Assembly: GCA_964610975.1 (NCBI GenBank)
Contig: CAZSYN010000007.1
Location: 26,150-90,149 of the forward strand
Reading direction: 5' to 3'
Origin: an uncultured Phycisphaeraceae bacterium
Lineage (GTDB): Bacteria; Planctomycetota; Phycisphaerae; WQYP01
Length of the DNA: 64,000 bases
Numbering within the stretch: the first letter of the stretch is position 1; each line of letters begins with the position of its first letter. Under the pieces are notes generated by a model. That model searched no databases and was not told the DNA's origin. It was given only the letters and a program-made list of their open reading frames with translations. The position numbers and the translations under genes were made by a program. Positions 31,175-40,164 of this stretch are shown here, one piece after another.

Positions 31175-32455
31175 TTATCCATACGAGAATTCCGGCTTAA
31201 ACAGCACCAACTGCCAATCATACGGCTGACAGCCATAGGCTGGCGAGTAATGCTCACCATATCCAGTGGCATCCACCGGCGCGGTCTGGAATGTCCCCGG
31301 CGTGGCCGTGCCGATGGTCACGCTGATCGGAAAAGCTTGGTTGATGTTCTGATCGTAGATCTTGAGTGGCCGGTCCTGCACAAATCCAAGCCCCGCCTGA
31401 TCAAAATACGTTGGTGTCTGATCAAATCCTGTTACGCCATGCATGGCGGCATAGGCTTGAAGATGCCCAGTCGTCGGTAACTGATTGGTTTGCAAATTCA
31501 CCTGGGCGTAGCCATTAATGCGAAGCGGATACGTCAGTACGGCACGATAGCACCAGGCGAAGCAGACATACGGGCCGGGATTATCATTGGTTCCCCGGTT
31601 ATAGATCATGTGACGCGTGTAGGTCATCGAAGCGTAATTAATATAGTCTGCCGGCTGAGTAATGATGTTGGCTAATGCATAATCCAACGCCTCTTGCGGC
31701 GTGGGGAATGGAATCTCCGAACCAAACGACCACGTATAATTCCACCAGATATCCCGACCATAGCTGAACGCATAACGGGTATAGCTGATGGTTCCCTCAT
31801 TGGTATAGGTATAAGCGCAGAGAATCTTGAGTGCTTTGAGTACGGCACGCATTTCTTCAAAGATCCACGGGCCTATATAATCACCACCAATATTGCCACC
31901 ACTGCTGGAATTTGCATTGATGACACCATACGCGGTGATGACATCCGGCGGCGTGGTCTGATCTTCATGGAGGATCCACTTGGTTCCATCGTGACGATAG
32001 ATGGCGCCAGCCACCAGGCCGCCATAGCCATACCAGCAGCGTGCGACATTGCCGGCGGCGCCAGTGTCGTTGACGTAACCAATCTCGCGAGGATATTTGC
32101 GCGTAAAATGACTTTGGTTGTATCCTGCGGCGGCCAGCACTTCGCCGATGTTCTGGTAACGCACCTTGATGGCCGGTGTGCCATCAGACGTGGAAGCAAT
32201 CTGATTAACCGTGTACTGCTCGATCGGCAGCTTGGATTCATTGAGATAATAGACACAGACTTCGGCGATGGCCCGCTGCAGATAGGCGTATTTCTCGGCA
32301 ACGGAGCCATCACCCGGCGATACGTAACCGTAATAGTAGTTGTCGATGTAGGCGCCGCGCTCTTTGATGGCATCGCGCAGCATGTTGTAGACGGCCGCCT
32401 CAAGCAGCGATACTTGAGTGAGATCAGTTGCTTCCCATGTCGGATTGTAGGCCAT
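31175..32455 (-). CDS. Distal tail / putative host-recognition protein
   Basis: It is the last gene of the tail module; 426 aa with no recognised domain. Confidence 0.4.
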   Translation of the reverse strand: MAYNPTWEATDLTQVSLLEAAVYNMLRDAIKERGAYIDNYYYGYVSPGDGSVAEKYAYLQRAIAEVCVYYLNESKLPIEQYTVNQIASTSDGTPAIKVRYQNIGEVLAAAGYNQSHFTRKYPREIGYVNDTGAAGNVARCWYGYGGLVAGAIYRHDGTKWILHEDQTTPPDVITAYGVINANSSSGGNIGGDYIGPWIFEEMRAVLKALKILCAYTYTNEGTISYTRYAFSYGRDIWWNYTWSFGSEIPFPTPQEALDYALANIITQPADYINYASMTYTRHMIYNRGTNDNPGPYVCFAWCYRAVLTYPLRINGYAQVNLQTNQLPTTGHLQAYAAMHGVTGFDQTPTYFDQAGLGFVQDRPLKIYDQNINQAFPISVTIGTATPGTFQTAPVDATGYGEHYSPAYGCQPYDWQLVLFKPEFSYG

Positions 32456-32461
32456 AATGAA

Positions 32462-33139
32462 TCACCAAAAGCGTGGATAATCCCACGCGTAGGTTGTGGC
32501 GGATGTCATCTGCAAAACCTGCCCGCGCGCGGTACCGGCGGCCACGCCGGAGGCCCGGCCGAGCGCAATCAGTGCCCACTGAACACCCGTGCCACCTTGA
32601 CGCCACAAAATGGCGGACGATCCCGCGGTGCCGGCTCCCAGATAGGCAACCTGGCCATCGACAATTTCTACATACGGATAATCATTGGTAGTGTCCGGAA
32701 CGGTGATCTGGACCGGGCAGGCGCCGGCAGCATACGCCATGCCAATAGCTCCGGCTTTCAGCGGTTCTAAATTGATGATGTACCGGCCGATATGCGTCTT
32801 GGTGCGCGGTATGACGCCGGATACCGCCACCTTGTTTTTGAAGGAATCCAGATTGGCATCCGGCGTGATAATCGGGCCATTGACGCCCAGCACGCAGAAG
32901 CGATTGAGATCACTTCCCGTATCGTTGCGTACCAGAATGATGCCGCTGGAACGCTGGGCAGCCTGGGGCGTCGATGAGAGATTCCGCTGGCGGGATTGAT
33001 AATCGAGGGCCGTATCAATGAACGCATTGTACGTGGCGGCAGGGATGCGCAGCTTGTCGCCGGACTTCACTTTTTTAAATGAATCGCTCATGGCAATCTC
33101 TTTGTTCCAAATAAAATGATTCACCACTGAGAAGAACAA
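32462..33139 (-). CDS. Tail / baseplate protein (hypothetical)
   Basis: Assigned by position in the tail module. Confidence 0.4.
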   Translation of the reverse strand: MFFSVVNHFIWNKEIAMSDSFKKVKSGDKLRIPAATYNAFIDTALDYQSRQRNLSSTPQAAQRSSGIILVRNDTGSDLNRFCVLGVNGPIITPDANLDSFKNKVAVSGVIPRTKTHIGRYIINLEPLKAGAIGMAYAAGACPVQITVPDTTNDYPYVEIVDGQVAYLGAGTAGSSAILWRQGGTGVQWALIALGRASGVAAGTARGQVLQMTSATTYAWDYPRFW

Positions 33140-33149
33140 AACAAAGAAT

Positions 33150-33295
33150 CATTCACCACAGAGATTACAGAGCACACAGAGATTAAAAACAAAAAACATT
33201 TTTATTCTTCTCTGTCTCCTTCCTCTGTGTTCTCTGTGCGCTCTGTGGTTAATCTTTTTTATTTTCTCAGCGCCTCCGTGTCTCCGTGGTGAATG
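33150..33295. promoter_or_regulatory. Nested imperfect palindrome built from CACAGAG / CTCTGTG heptamers
   Basis: Three CACAGAG units at 33156-33180 oppose three CTCTGTG units at 33225-33248 around an A/T loop. An outer repeat cattcaccacagag has its reverse complement at 33281-33295. The structure lies between two tail genes. Confidence 0.45.
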
Positions 33296-33297
33296 TG

Positions 33298-34098
33298 TTA
33301 GTTGATAGCCAGTCCTGCAAAATCCGCCAGGTCATAAACCTTTTCGATGTACACCGCCACCGGCTTTTTGATCAGCGTCTTGGATGATGTATCCTCGGCA
33401 TCCTGGTAGCGCACCCACATGTATTCCCAGCCTTTTTTGTTGATGCCCGTGATACTGCCGACGGTCAGATTGGTGACATTGAGCGATCCGGCGAACTTGA
33501 AGGTGATCTCCCAATCATCATCAGCCGATTTGCCGCGCCTCGAACCCGAGGCGCCCAGGAACAGACATTCACCGGCCTGAAAGCCGCGGAACACGGTACT
33601 ATTCGCCTTGCCGGTGAGCACAAACAGCTGGCGCTTGTAGGCGTCCGTCACCACGGAGGCCGACAGGTAATGCGTCTCGGAGAACTGGTAGACCGGGATC
33701 GTAATATCCACGCCTTCGACACTGTCATGCGTGACACCCACGGCGCCGCCCATATCCGGCGCACTGCTGGGGTAGCGATTCACGGTGCCCAGGCTCTGGG
33801 TGATATGCTGTGTCCCGCCGCCGGTATCAAAAGAGAAGGATGATTCACCGGTTTCCGGCTTCTGGTTGTCAGGTGTGACGTAGCGAACCGTGCCATCCCA
33901 CAGAGAGGGGCCGACCGGCTCAATCCGCAGCGTCTGGCGGATCAGACCGTTGTAATCAGTGGGTGCAGTTGCCGCCAGTGACTGCTTGGCCAGCAGATCG
34001 TCGTCCGTACCGGAGACGACATATTGCAACTCCACCTGCGAACTGTCGGCGTCGGTGCTGTCCCGGCTGATGAGTTTTTCAACAACGGTGATAGGCAT
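33298..34098 (-). CDS. Tail protein downstream of the tape measure (distal-tail-like, hypothetical)
   Basis: Assigned by position in the tail module. Confidence 0.4.
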   Translation of the reverse strand: MPITVVEKLISRDSTDADSSQVELQYVVSGTDDDLLAKQSLAATAPTDYNGLIRQTLRIEPVGPSLWDGTVRYVTPDNQKPETGESSFSFDTGGGTQHITQSLGTVNRYPSSAPDMGGAVGVTHDSVEGVDITIPVYQFSETHYLSASVVTDAYKRQLFVLTGKANSTVFRGFQAGECLFLGASGSRRGKSADDDWEITFKFAGSLNVTNLTVGSITGINKKGWEYMWVRYQDAEDTSSKTLIKKPVAVYIEKVYDLADFAGLAIN

Positions 34099-34103
34099 TG
34101 CGA

Positions 34104-34195
34104 TAGGCTGTTAGACTGTAGACTATTAGACGGTTAGGAAGAAGGGTGCCGTGTATGTGTGCCTAATAGCCTAACAGTCTGTAGTCTAACAGTCT
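34104..34195. repeat. IVS-like palindromic element, copy 1
   Basis: Arms taggctgttagactgtagactattagacggttagg and cctaatagcctaacagtctgtagtctaacagtctc. It fills the gap between two genes. Confidence 0.7.
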
Positions 34196-34210
34196 CTTCT
34201 GCCCCTCCTT

Positions 34211-36202
34211 TCAGTCAAACTCCATCTCGTCATCCTGCTCGGCCATATCGACGAGTTTCTTGGTATGCTTGGCCGTGTCTTCGGAGGCTTTGGCAATACG
34301 ATCGGCCATGTTCCCACCAGCCATCCCACGGGCCTCAAAAGCATTAAAGGAACCGACGACGCCGATGGTCTTCTGGGCAATCGTTGGCCCGAGTCCCTCC
34401 AGGTAATCCGGCATGGAGGGCGGCTCCTGTAAACGATCCGGTCCCTGGGCGTTCTTGAGTTGGCGTTTCTTCTTGGCTTCGGCGATGGACTTCTGCCATT
34501 CTTCGCGGGTCTTGTTTAGCTCATCCTGCGATTCCTGCATCTTTTTGGCGTACTCATCGTCCAGTTCTTTCTCTTTATCCTGGGATTCCTGGCCGATCTG
34601 GGTGAGCGCCGCTTCGTGGGTTTGGGTCTCATCAGCGCGTTCCTGCCGACGTTGCTGTTCGCGCGCCTGCAGGGCGGATTGTTTCTGCTTATCGATCTCG
34701 GCATTGGTGGCAGCCAAGTCCTCATCGGCCATCTTCTTGGCCGCATCCACATCTAGGCTTGAATCAAACAATCCCTGCAGATCCAGCAATCGCTTGGCCG
34801 TCCAGTTGATGGCGGTATTCCAGGCCTTCTGGAATCCGGCTGTAAAGCTGGTCCAGACTTTGGATAGGAATGCGGTCGTCTCAATCCAGGCGACTTCAAA
34901 GCCGTGCCAGACGATCTCGCAGGCCGCCAGTGCGCCATAAAACGCGTCATAGGCCATCTTGATAAAGAAGTTTCGGAACGTCAGCCAGACTGATTCGAGT
35001 ACCTGCACTCCCTTGATCCAGGCAATCTTCAAAGTGAGCCACAGAATCTGTGCCGCCAAGGCGATATCGCCGGCCGCCAGAGCATCGGAGATGCCTGCAA
35101 ATGCCTGCGAGGCAAATTCTGATAGCTCCCCAAACCGCTGCCCCAGCCAGTCCAGCGCCTTGCCACCCAGACCGGAGGCGTAAACCAGATACGCTCCCAG
35201 CGCCACCACGGCCGCCGTGACCAGGCCAATCGGAGTCAATAACCAGGCAATCACCGATCCTACCGCACCCAATACCGTACCGACCCCGGTGACAATACTG
35301 GCCAGCACGCCCAATACACCACCGATGAACACGATGGCCTTGCCTAATAGCATGAGCGCCGTGCCGGCGGCCGAAACCACCAGGGCAATTTTGAACACGC
35401 TGACCACCAGATCCTTGTTCTGCTTGATCCAGGTGGTTCCTTTGACCACGATGTCAATGAGAACATTGGCCCACTGCGTCAGCAGCGGTGCAATGGAAGA
35501 ACCGAGCGTATTGGCGAGCTTTTTGAGCACTTTCCACAGGGTAGAGAGGGTTTCTTCCAGTTCAGCGCCGATCTGGACGCCAGCGGCGGAGGCCGTAAGC
35601 CCCAGCCGCCGGGCCTGCTCCTGCATGGCCTCAATACCGGCCGCGCCTTGGGAGAGCATCGGGAGAAGAGACGTACCGTTGCGGCCGAAGATCGCCAGCG
35701 CCAATGCCGCGCGTATCGCTGGGCTTTGAATGCTGGCAAGTTTGTCGGCAATCAATTTGAACTGCTGGTCGGGCGACAGGCCGCGCAGGTCATCCACCGT
35801 CAACCCCAATTGCGCCAGTGCATCGGTGGCAGCTTTCGATCCCATCGCGGCGGCGGCAATGGTCTTTTGCATCTTGCGGATACCCAGTTCCAGCGTGTCG
35901 ATGTCGGAGCCGGAGATCTGAGCGGCATAGCCGAGTTCTGAAAGTGCCTCCACGGAGATGCCTGTCCGCTGGCTCATGCTGAGTAACTCTTTGGAGCCGG
36001 AAGCGGATGCCTTGGCAAAGGCAATCAGCGGCGCGGTAATGACTGACCCGGCAGCGGCCAGCTTTTTACCCCAGCCGCTGATGGCATCGCCGAAGGCCTT
36101 GAGCTTCTTGTTGGCGCTCTGCAGGCCGCGCACGAGTTTGGAATCGTTGACAAACAACTCCACATAGGCGGCCCCGGCGCGTATGGAACGGGCATCGGCC
36201 AT
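34211..36202 (-). CDS. Tail tape-measure protein
   Basis: 663 aa, Ala/Gly-rich, with coiled coil and TM segments. The N-terminus is typical of TP901-family tape-measure proteins. No SD is present; element copy 2 abuts the ATG. Confidence 0.8.
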   Translation of the reverse strand: MADARSIRAGAAYVELFVNDSKLVRGLQSANKKLKAFGDAISGWGKKLAAAGSVITAPLIAFAKASASGSKELLSMSQRTGISVEALSELGYAAQISGSDIDTLELGIRKMQKTIAAAAMGSKAATDALAQLGLTVDDLRGLSPDQQFKLIADKLASIQSPAIRAALALAIFGRNGTSLLPMLSQGAAGIEAMQEQARRLGLTASAAGVQIGAELEETLSTLWKVLKKLANTLGSSIAPLLTQWANVLIDIVVKGTTWIKQNKDLVVSVFKIALVVSAAGTALMLLGKAIVFIGGVLGVLASIVTGVGTVLGAVGSVIAWLLTPIGLVTAAVVALGAYLVYASGLGGKALDWLGQRFGELSEFASQAFAGISDALAAGDIALAAQILWLTLKIAWIKGVQVLESVWLTFRNFFIKMAYDAFYGALAACEIVWHGFEVAWIETTAFLSKVWTSFTAGFQKAWNTAINWTAKRLLDLQGLFDSSLDVDAAKKMADEDLAATNAEIDKQKQSALQAREQQRRQERADETQTHEAALTQIGQESQDKEKELDDEYAKKMQESQDELNKTREEWQKSIAEAKKKRQLKNAQGPDRLQEPPSMPDYLEGLGPTIAQKTIGVVGSFNAFEARGMAGGNMADRIAKASEDTAKHTKKLVDMAEQDDEMEFD

Positions 36203-36206
36203 GGGG

Positions 36207-36330
36207 ATTAGGCTATTGGGAAAGGCATTTAGGCTACAGGCTGTTAGACTATTAGGTCAGGCAATGTCATACACTCCTCTTTTTCCTAACAGCCTAATAG
36301 TCTGCAGTCTAATAGTCTTTCTCAATAGCC
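36207..36330. repeat. IVS-like palindromic element, copy 2
   Basis: Arms ...aggctacaggctgttagactattaggtcagg and cctaacagcctaatagtctgcagtctaatagtc. Confidence 0.7.
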
Positions 36331-36339
36331 TCCTTTCTT

Positions 36340-37113
36340 TCAAGCGGTTTGTCCGGTTAACTCACGAATGTCCTCCACCGGCGAGGTCTTGATCGCCAGC
36401 CAGAACGACCCGCGCACGAGACTTTCAATCAGCACCCATAAGCCGACCGTCAGAATGACCCCGCCGGCCACCCACGGCAGCCAGTGCTGAATCTGGCCGA
36501 CGATCATGCAGGCAACCACCACAGCCAGACCACCGGCGCCGCCGGCAATGGAAATTCGGAAGTCGTGCATCAGGACGCCGACCGCCACGGCAATGCCGAT
36601 CGCGACAATCGCGAGCCATGAGATGGTGCGGAACATCGACTCCCACTTGCTGTTGGCGGCGGCGAGCTTTTTCTCCCAGGCGGTGTTGTCGTCGGCCCGG
36701 CCTTTTTTCTCTGTTTCCAGTGCGGCTGCTGTCTGCTGCATTTCCTTCTTGCCGGCTTGCACTTCGGATTTAAGGGTATCGATGTCCTTGCGGACATCGG
36801 CGAGCGCATTGCCCTGCGCCAGCAGTATCTGGGCGTTTGCAATAATGCGCGACCAGAAGGGATCCAGTGTGGGACGTACGGATTCCGGCGTGGCATCATG
36901 ACCAGCGCGCGCGGCAGTGGCGATTTCGGCTGCCGAACCGCTCACCTGCGTGGCCGCCGACGAGACCTTCTGGCCAATGTCATCAGCATGGCTATCGGCA
37001 TTGGACCAGGAGGATTCGGGCTGGGTTTGCGAGACGCAGCCATAAAAGGCGCCGATGAGCACTATTAATAAGGATAGGAATAACGTCAGTTTGAGAACAT
37101 CACGGTTCATCAA
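36340..37113 (-). CDS. Membrane protein with a coiled coil (N-terminal signal anchor, C-terminal TM helices), possibly a moron
   Basis: 'MMNRDVLKLTLFLSLLIVLIGAFYGC...' followed by multiple TM helices. It is inserted between the chaperones and the tape measure. Confidence 0.45.
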   Translation of the reverse strand: MMNRDVLKLTLFLSLLIVLIGAFYGCVSQTQPESSWSNADSHADDIGQKVSSAATQVSGSAAEIATAARAGHDATPESVRPTLDPFWSRIIANAQILLAQGNALADVRKDIDTLKSEVQAGKKEMQQTAAALETEKKGRADDNTAWEKKLAAANSKWESMFRTISWLAIVAIGIAVAVGVLMHDFRISIAGGAGGLAVVVACMIVGQIQHWLPWVAGGVILTVGLWVLIESLVRGSFWLAIKTSPVEDIRELTGQTA

Positions 37114-37376
37114 GGATTCTCCTGTTTGGGAGGGTTATCCACAAAAACGGATTTGAGCATTTGAATGTCACCCCGCAGCGGGCGCTCCTGCGTGTGCCCG
37201 CGGACCGGCATGGGATGAAAATCCACTGGCTTGAACGCCCGTATCCGTTTGGGGCGATTGACGTTGGCCAGCATTGCGAGAATCACAGACGTGTGATTCC
37301 ACATTTCGCGCTGGCGCGACTCGGTCATCTCCAGCAATTGCCTCAAGGTGAAGCAGCCGGGGTTGATTCCGAGCAT
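37110..37376 (-). CDS. Tail assembly chaperone, GT-like frameshift partner (putative)
   Basis: It overlaps the upstream chaperone ORF by 34 nt, directly ahead of the tape-measure region. Confidence 0.4.
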   Translation of the reverse strand: MLGINPGCFTLRQLLEMTESRQREMWNHTSVILAMLANVNRPKRIRAFKPVDFHPMPVRGHTQERPLRGDIQMLKSVFVDNPPKQENP

Positions 37377-37843
37377 TCCGGCGCACTGCCAGATGAGTTG
37401 CTCGGCGTGGATCGCTGCACGGCCAGCAGATTCTGAAGCTGGTTTTCCAGTTCCGGGCTTTCCAGACGAGTCTCCACCGCTGTCAGCGCGGCCGTCTCGA
37501 ATTTCCGCAGCCTGGCCAGAGCCTTGCTGAGTACTCTCCGCCGGCCCGCAGGGAAAAAATCGACCAGTTCCTCCAGCAGCGCGGTCGTTGCGCCATCAAT
37601 GGCGTCGCCCGCCATCGCCCGGCCAAAATCAACATCCGAGATCTTCTGGGCGTCGGCCTCCGGCTTGCAGATCACATAAATGATGTCGCAGAGCAGCAGC
37701 GGATCGGAGATGAGCTGCTCCAGCAGTTTGCCTTCGACCACTTCCAGCAGATTCACCTTGACGAGGTCGCGCACACGCCGGATCACATCCACATTGACCT
37801 GGATGGTCCACGTGCGGCCGGCGTTGTCGACAAAGGTTTTCAT
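37343..37843 (-). CDS. Tail assembly chaperone (gpG-like)
   Basis: Acidic 166-aa protein lying between the major tail protein and the tape measure. Confidence 0.45.
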   Translation of the reverse strand: MKTFVDNAGRTWTIQVNVDVIRRVRDLVKVNLLEVVEGKLLEQLISDPLLLCDIIYVICKPEADAQKISDVDFGRAMAGDAIDGATTALLEELVDFFPAGRRRVLSKALARLRKFETAALTAVETRLESPELENQLQNLLAVQRSTPSNSSGSAPECSESTPAASP

Positions 37844-37853
37844 GGGAACTCCA

Positions 37854-38282
37854 GACTGTTAGGCTGTAGACTGTTGGACTGTTAGGAGAACACAAACATG
37901 CGTGATCACACCAAACTCACCGCTTTCCACAAAGCTGATGCTCTGGCATTGGCGGTCTACCAAGTCACGCGGAGTTTTCCGCGCGAAGAACAGTTTGGGT
38001 TAACCAGCCAGATGCGCCGCGCGGCAGTTTCCGTCGCGTCGAACATCGTCGAAGGCTGCGCTCGGCGTACCGAAGCTGATTATCTACACTTTCTTGATAT
38101 GGCATTCGGATCACTCCGTGAACTAAGCTATCAGTTGTCTTTAGCTTTCCGACTGGGCTACCAAACCCAGGAGACTTACGATCCAGTCCGATTACAGGCC
38201 GAAGAATGTTCCAAGGTGCTTGCAGCGCTGATCCGCTCTTTCCGCAGTGCCTAACAGTCAAATAGTCTGTAGCCCAACAGTA
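37854..38282. repeat. IVS-like palindromic element, copy 3, carrying a cargo ORF
   Basis: The left arm gactgttaggctgtagactgttggactgttagg is identical to copy 4. The right arm is cctaacagtcaaatagtctgtagcccaacagt. The arms flank the plus-strand four-helix-bundle gene. Confidence 0.7.
37898..38254 (+). CDS. Four-helix-bundle protein (PF05635 / TIGR02436; 23S rRNA intervening-sequence protein family; family of the DGR accessory protein Avd)
   Basis: 'FHKADALALAVYQVTRSFPREEQFGLTSQMRRAAVSVASNIVEGCARRTEADYLHFLDMAFGSLRELSYQL' matches the family consensus. The RBS GGAG is formed by the end of the element arm. It runs opposite to all neighbouring genes. Confidence 0.8.
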   Translation: MRDHTKLTAFHKADALALAVYQVTRSFPREEQFGLTSQMRRAAVSVASNIVEGCARRTEADYLHFLDMAFGSLRELSYQLSLAFRLGYQTQETYDPVRLQAEECSKVLAALIRSFRSA

Positions 38283-38288
38283 TGGGGC

Positions 38289-38744
38289 CTACGGCCCCAC
38301 GGTCTTCCACACCGGCGGATTAACCGAATACGTCGGCTTGGCCGTCACCTTCACACTGATGGCATCTTCCAGCGGTTCATCCCGGCTGAAGTCCGTGATC
38401 ATGCAGTCGGCCCACAAGCCTTGGTTGCCATTGGAGCCGGCGCCGGTGATCGGGCCATCCATCACGGCCAGGCCGATGATCGAATTATTAAAATACGCAT
38501 CCTTGATGGCTGTAAAGCCGGCGTCGGCCGTGTCCCACACCATCTCAAACTCAATGGTTCCTTCCTTGAGCGTGCCGGCGGTGGCCTTCCAGCCATTGTT
38601 GGCACGCGTGGTGACATCCGCTTCACCTTTCTGCAAGGTCAGCGTGACATTTTTGACGTTGGTCAGCTCGGTCCAGGTCGGCGTACCGCCGATGCCTGCG
38701 GCGCAGAAGTACAATTTTGCATCTAAGCCAAACTTTACACCCAT
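38289..38744 (-). CDS. Major tail (tail tube) protein
   Basis: The 151-aa size, composition and position match TP901-1 / lambda-V-like tube proteins. Confidence 0.6.
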   Translation of the reverse strand: MGVKFGLDAKLYFCAAGIGGTPTWTELTNVKNVTLTLQKGEADVTTRANNGWKATAGTLKEGTIEFEMVWDTADAGFTAIKDAYFNNSIIGLAVMDGPITGAGSNGNQGLWADCMITDFSRDEPLEDAISVKVTAKPTYSVNPPVWKTVGP

Positions 38745-38757
38745 AAAAACTCCTTGG

Positions 38758-38895
38758 ATAGACTGTTAGGCTGTAGACTGTTGGACTGTTAGGAGTAATT
38801 AAGACTATTAGACTACAGACGGTTAGGCGGTTAGGAAAAAAACCAAAGACGTCGTTGCCCGACCTAACTGCCTAACAGTCTGTAGCCCAACTGCC
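38758..38895. repeat. IVS-like palindromic element, copy 4
   Basis: Same 33-nt left arm as copy 3, additional units, and right arm ctaactgcctaacagtctgtagcccaactgcc. Confidence 0.7.
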
Positions 38896-39288
38896 TTACC
38901 TCACTGATCCGGCCCACATGGCAGGCAGACGGTCTTTTACTTGTTCCAGTGCCGGTCCCATGAACGGCCTCCGGTCGTAACGCTCGCGTTTGTACTTGCC
39001 ACCGAACTCATGCGCTGCGCCGGAAGTCCCGGCCACCTGACGATCCGGCCCGATCACCACGGACTGCTTATCTTTCACCACTGCGTATTTGATCGCGTTA
39101 CGCATCCGCCCTTTGCGTGTGTTAGGCGGCGTACCAGAAGGAGATTTCTTGGGCGACTTTTTGATCGAATGCCGCGCGATTAAACGTACGGCAGCGCCCG
39201 CGTGGCCGAGATTACGGATGTTGGCCTTTTTGGCAGCCCACCGAATCTTGCTGTTATCCGTCTTGATCTTGGCTTTGGCCTGAATCAT
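38896..39288 (-). CDS. Tail completion / virion morphogenesis protein (HK97 gp10-like, putative)
   Basis: Basic 130-aa protein upstream of the major tail gene. Confidence 0.4.
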   Translation of the reverse strand: MIQAKAKIKTDNSKIRWAAKKANIRNLGHAGAAVRLIARHSIKKSPKKSPSGTPPNTRKGRMRNAIKYAVVKDKQSVVIGPDRQVAGTSGAAHEFGGKYKRERYDRRPFMGPALEQVKDRLPAMWAGSVR

Positions 39289-39294
39289 GGTTAT

Positions 39295-39437
39295 GTGAGA
39301 CTGTAGGCTGTTAGGCTATTAGGCTGTTAGGTCAGACAATGACGCCTTGGACTCTTTTCCTAACAGCCTAACAGTCTGTAGTCTAATAGTCTTAATTCCT
39401 CCCAAAAGTCAAACAGCCTGTAGCCTAATAGTCTTCC
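39295..39437. repeat. IVS-like palindromic element, copy 5
   Basis: Arms gagactgtaggctgttaggctattaggctgttaggtcag and cctaacagcctaacagtctgtagtctaatagtc, plus an extra half-arm. Confidence 0.7.
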
Positions 39438-39889
39438 TACCGTGCCACTCTGTACGTGACCGTCAGCACGCTGGTAAAGACCTGCTTCTGCTCCAAATGC
39501 TCGGGCGAATAAATCGGAACATTTTCGGTTTTCACCCAGATCGCAGAACCTTCACAGCCATCCTTGCCGAGTACCAACCGCCTGAGACGCAGGTAATCGG
39601 CGATCTGCTCTGCCAAGGCCATCAGGGGATCCAGTTCTGATGTACTGATTGAGCTGATTTTCTTCTGAACCGCCACATCCACTGACACATCATGCTGATT
39701 GATATTGCGGCCCAAACTTGCAATCTCAATCTTTTTGGGCACCACTGTCACTCTTAAAGTTTTGAGCTGCGCCAGATCATATTCTGGTTTGTACTGACGC
39801 TCCGCCGTAAACCCCTGTGCAAATGTCCCGGCCTGCGCGGTATTGAGTACATTAACAATCGCATTGGCAACCGATACAACCATGCTCAT
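39437..39889 (-). CDS. Head-tail joining / tail terminator-like protein (hypothetical)
   Basis: Assigned by position in the head-tail module. Confidence 0.35.
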   Translation of the reverse strand: MSMVVSVANAIVNVLNTAQAGTFAQGFTAERQYKPEYDLAQLKTLRVTVVPKKIEIASLGRNINQHDVSVDVAVQKKISSISTSELDPLMALAEQIADYLRLRRLVLGKDGCEGSAIWVKTENVPIYSPEHLEQKQVFTSVLTVTYRVAR

Positions 39890-40164
39890 GACGATTCACC
39901 ACTTCTCTGCGGCCGGCGTGGCCGCTTGGGTTCCAGATTCAGACGAGAAATTTCAGCATCAATCTCTTCTTTGGTCCCGATCAACATCGTGTTGCTGGCC
40001 GGCGTACCGACCCGGCCTTCACCAGGTGCAAGCAATTCAATAACCTGCTTGCCATCATGAACCAGCACATATTTGTCCGGATAAACATCCGACTGCTTGA
40101 TCTCCACTGTGGAGGAAGCGATTTCCTGCATGTTTGGAATCCTTAATTGGTGGTGACGGTCCAA
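39886..40164 (-). CDS. Hypothetical small structural-module protein
   Basis: ORF with overlapping start/stop coupling to its neighbours. Confidence 0.35.
   Translation of the reverse strand: MDRHHQLRIPNMQEIASSTVEIKQSDVYPDKYVLVHDGKQVIELLAPGEGRVGTPASNTMLIGTKEEIDAEISRLNLEPKRPRRPQRSGESS

Noticed and set aside
31694-32770. 358-aa plus-strand ORF, and similar long antisense ORFs (e.g. 44015..44596, 47348..47773, 55080..55814)
   Set aside because: They lie antisense to well-supported phage genes in high-GC DNA where stop codons are rare. They have no RBS and no motifs.
37898-38254. Diversity-generating retroelement (DGR) suggested by the Avd-family four-helix-bundle gene inside a tail module
   Set aside because: No reverse-transcriptase ORF is present in the window, and no YxDD motif was found in any ORF. 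No template / variable repeat pair is visible near the tail-fibre genes. The gene is bounded by the palindromic-element arms instead.
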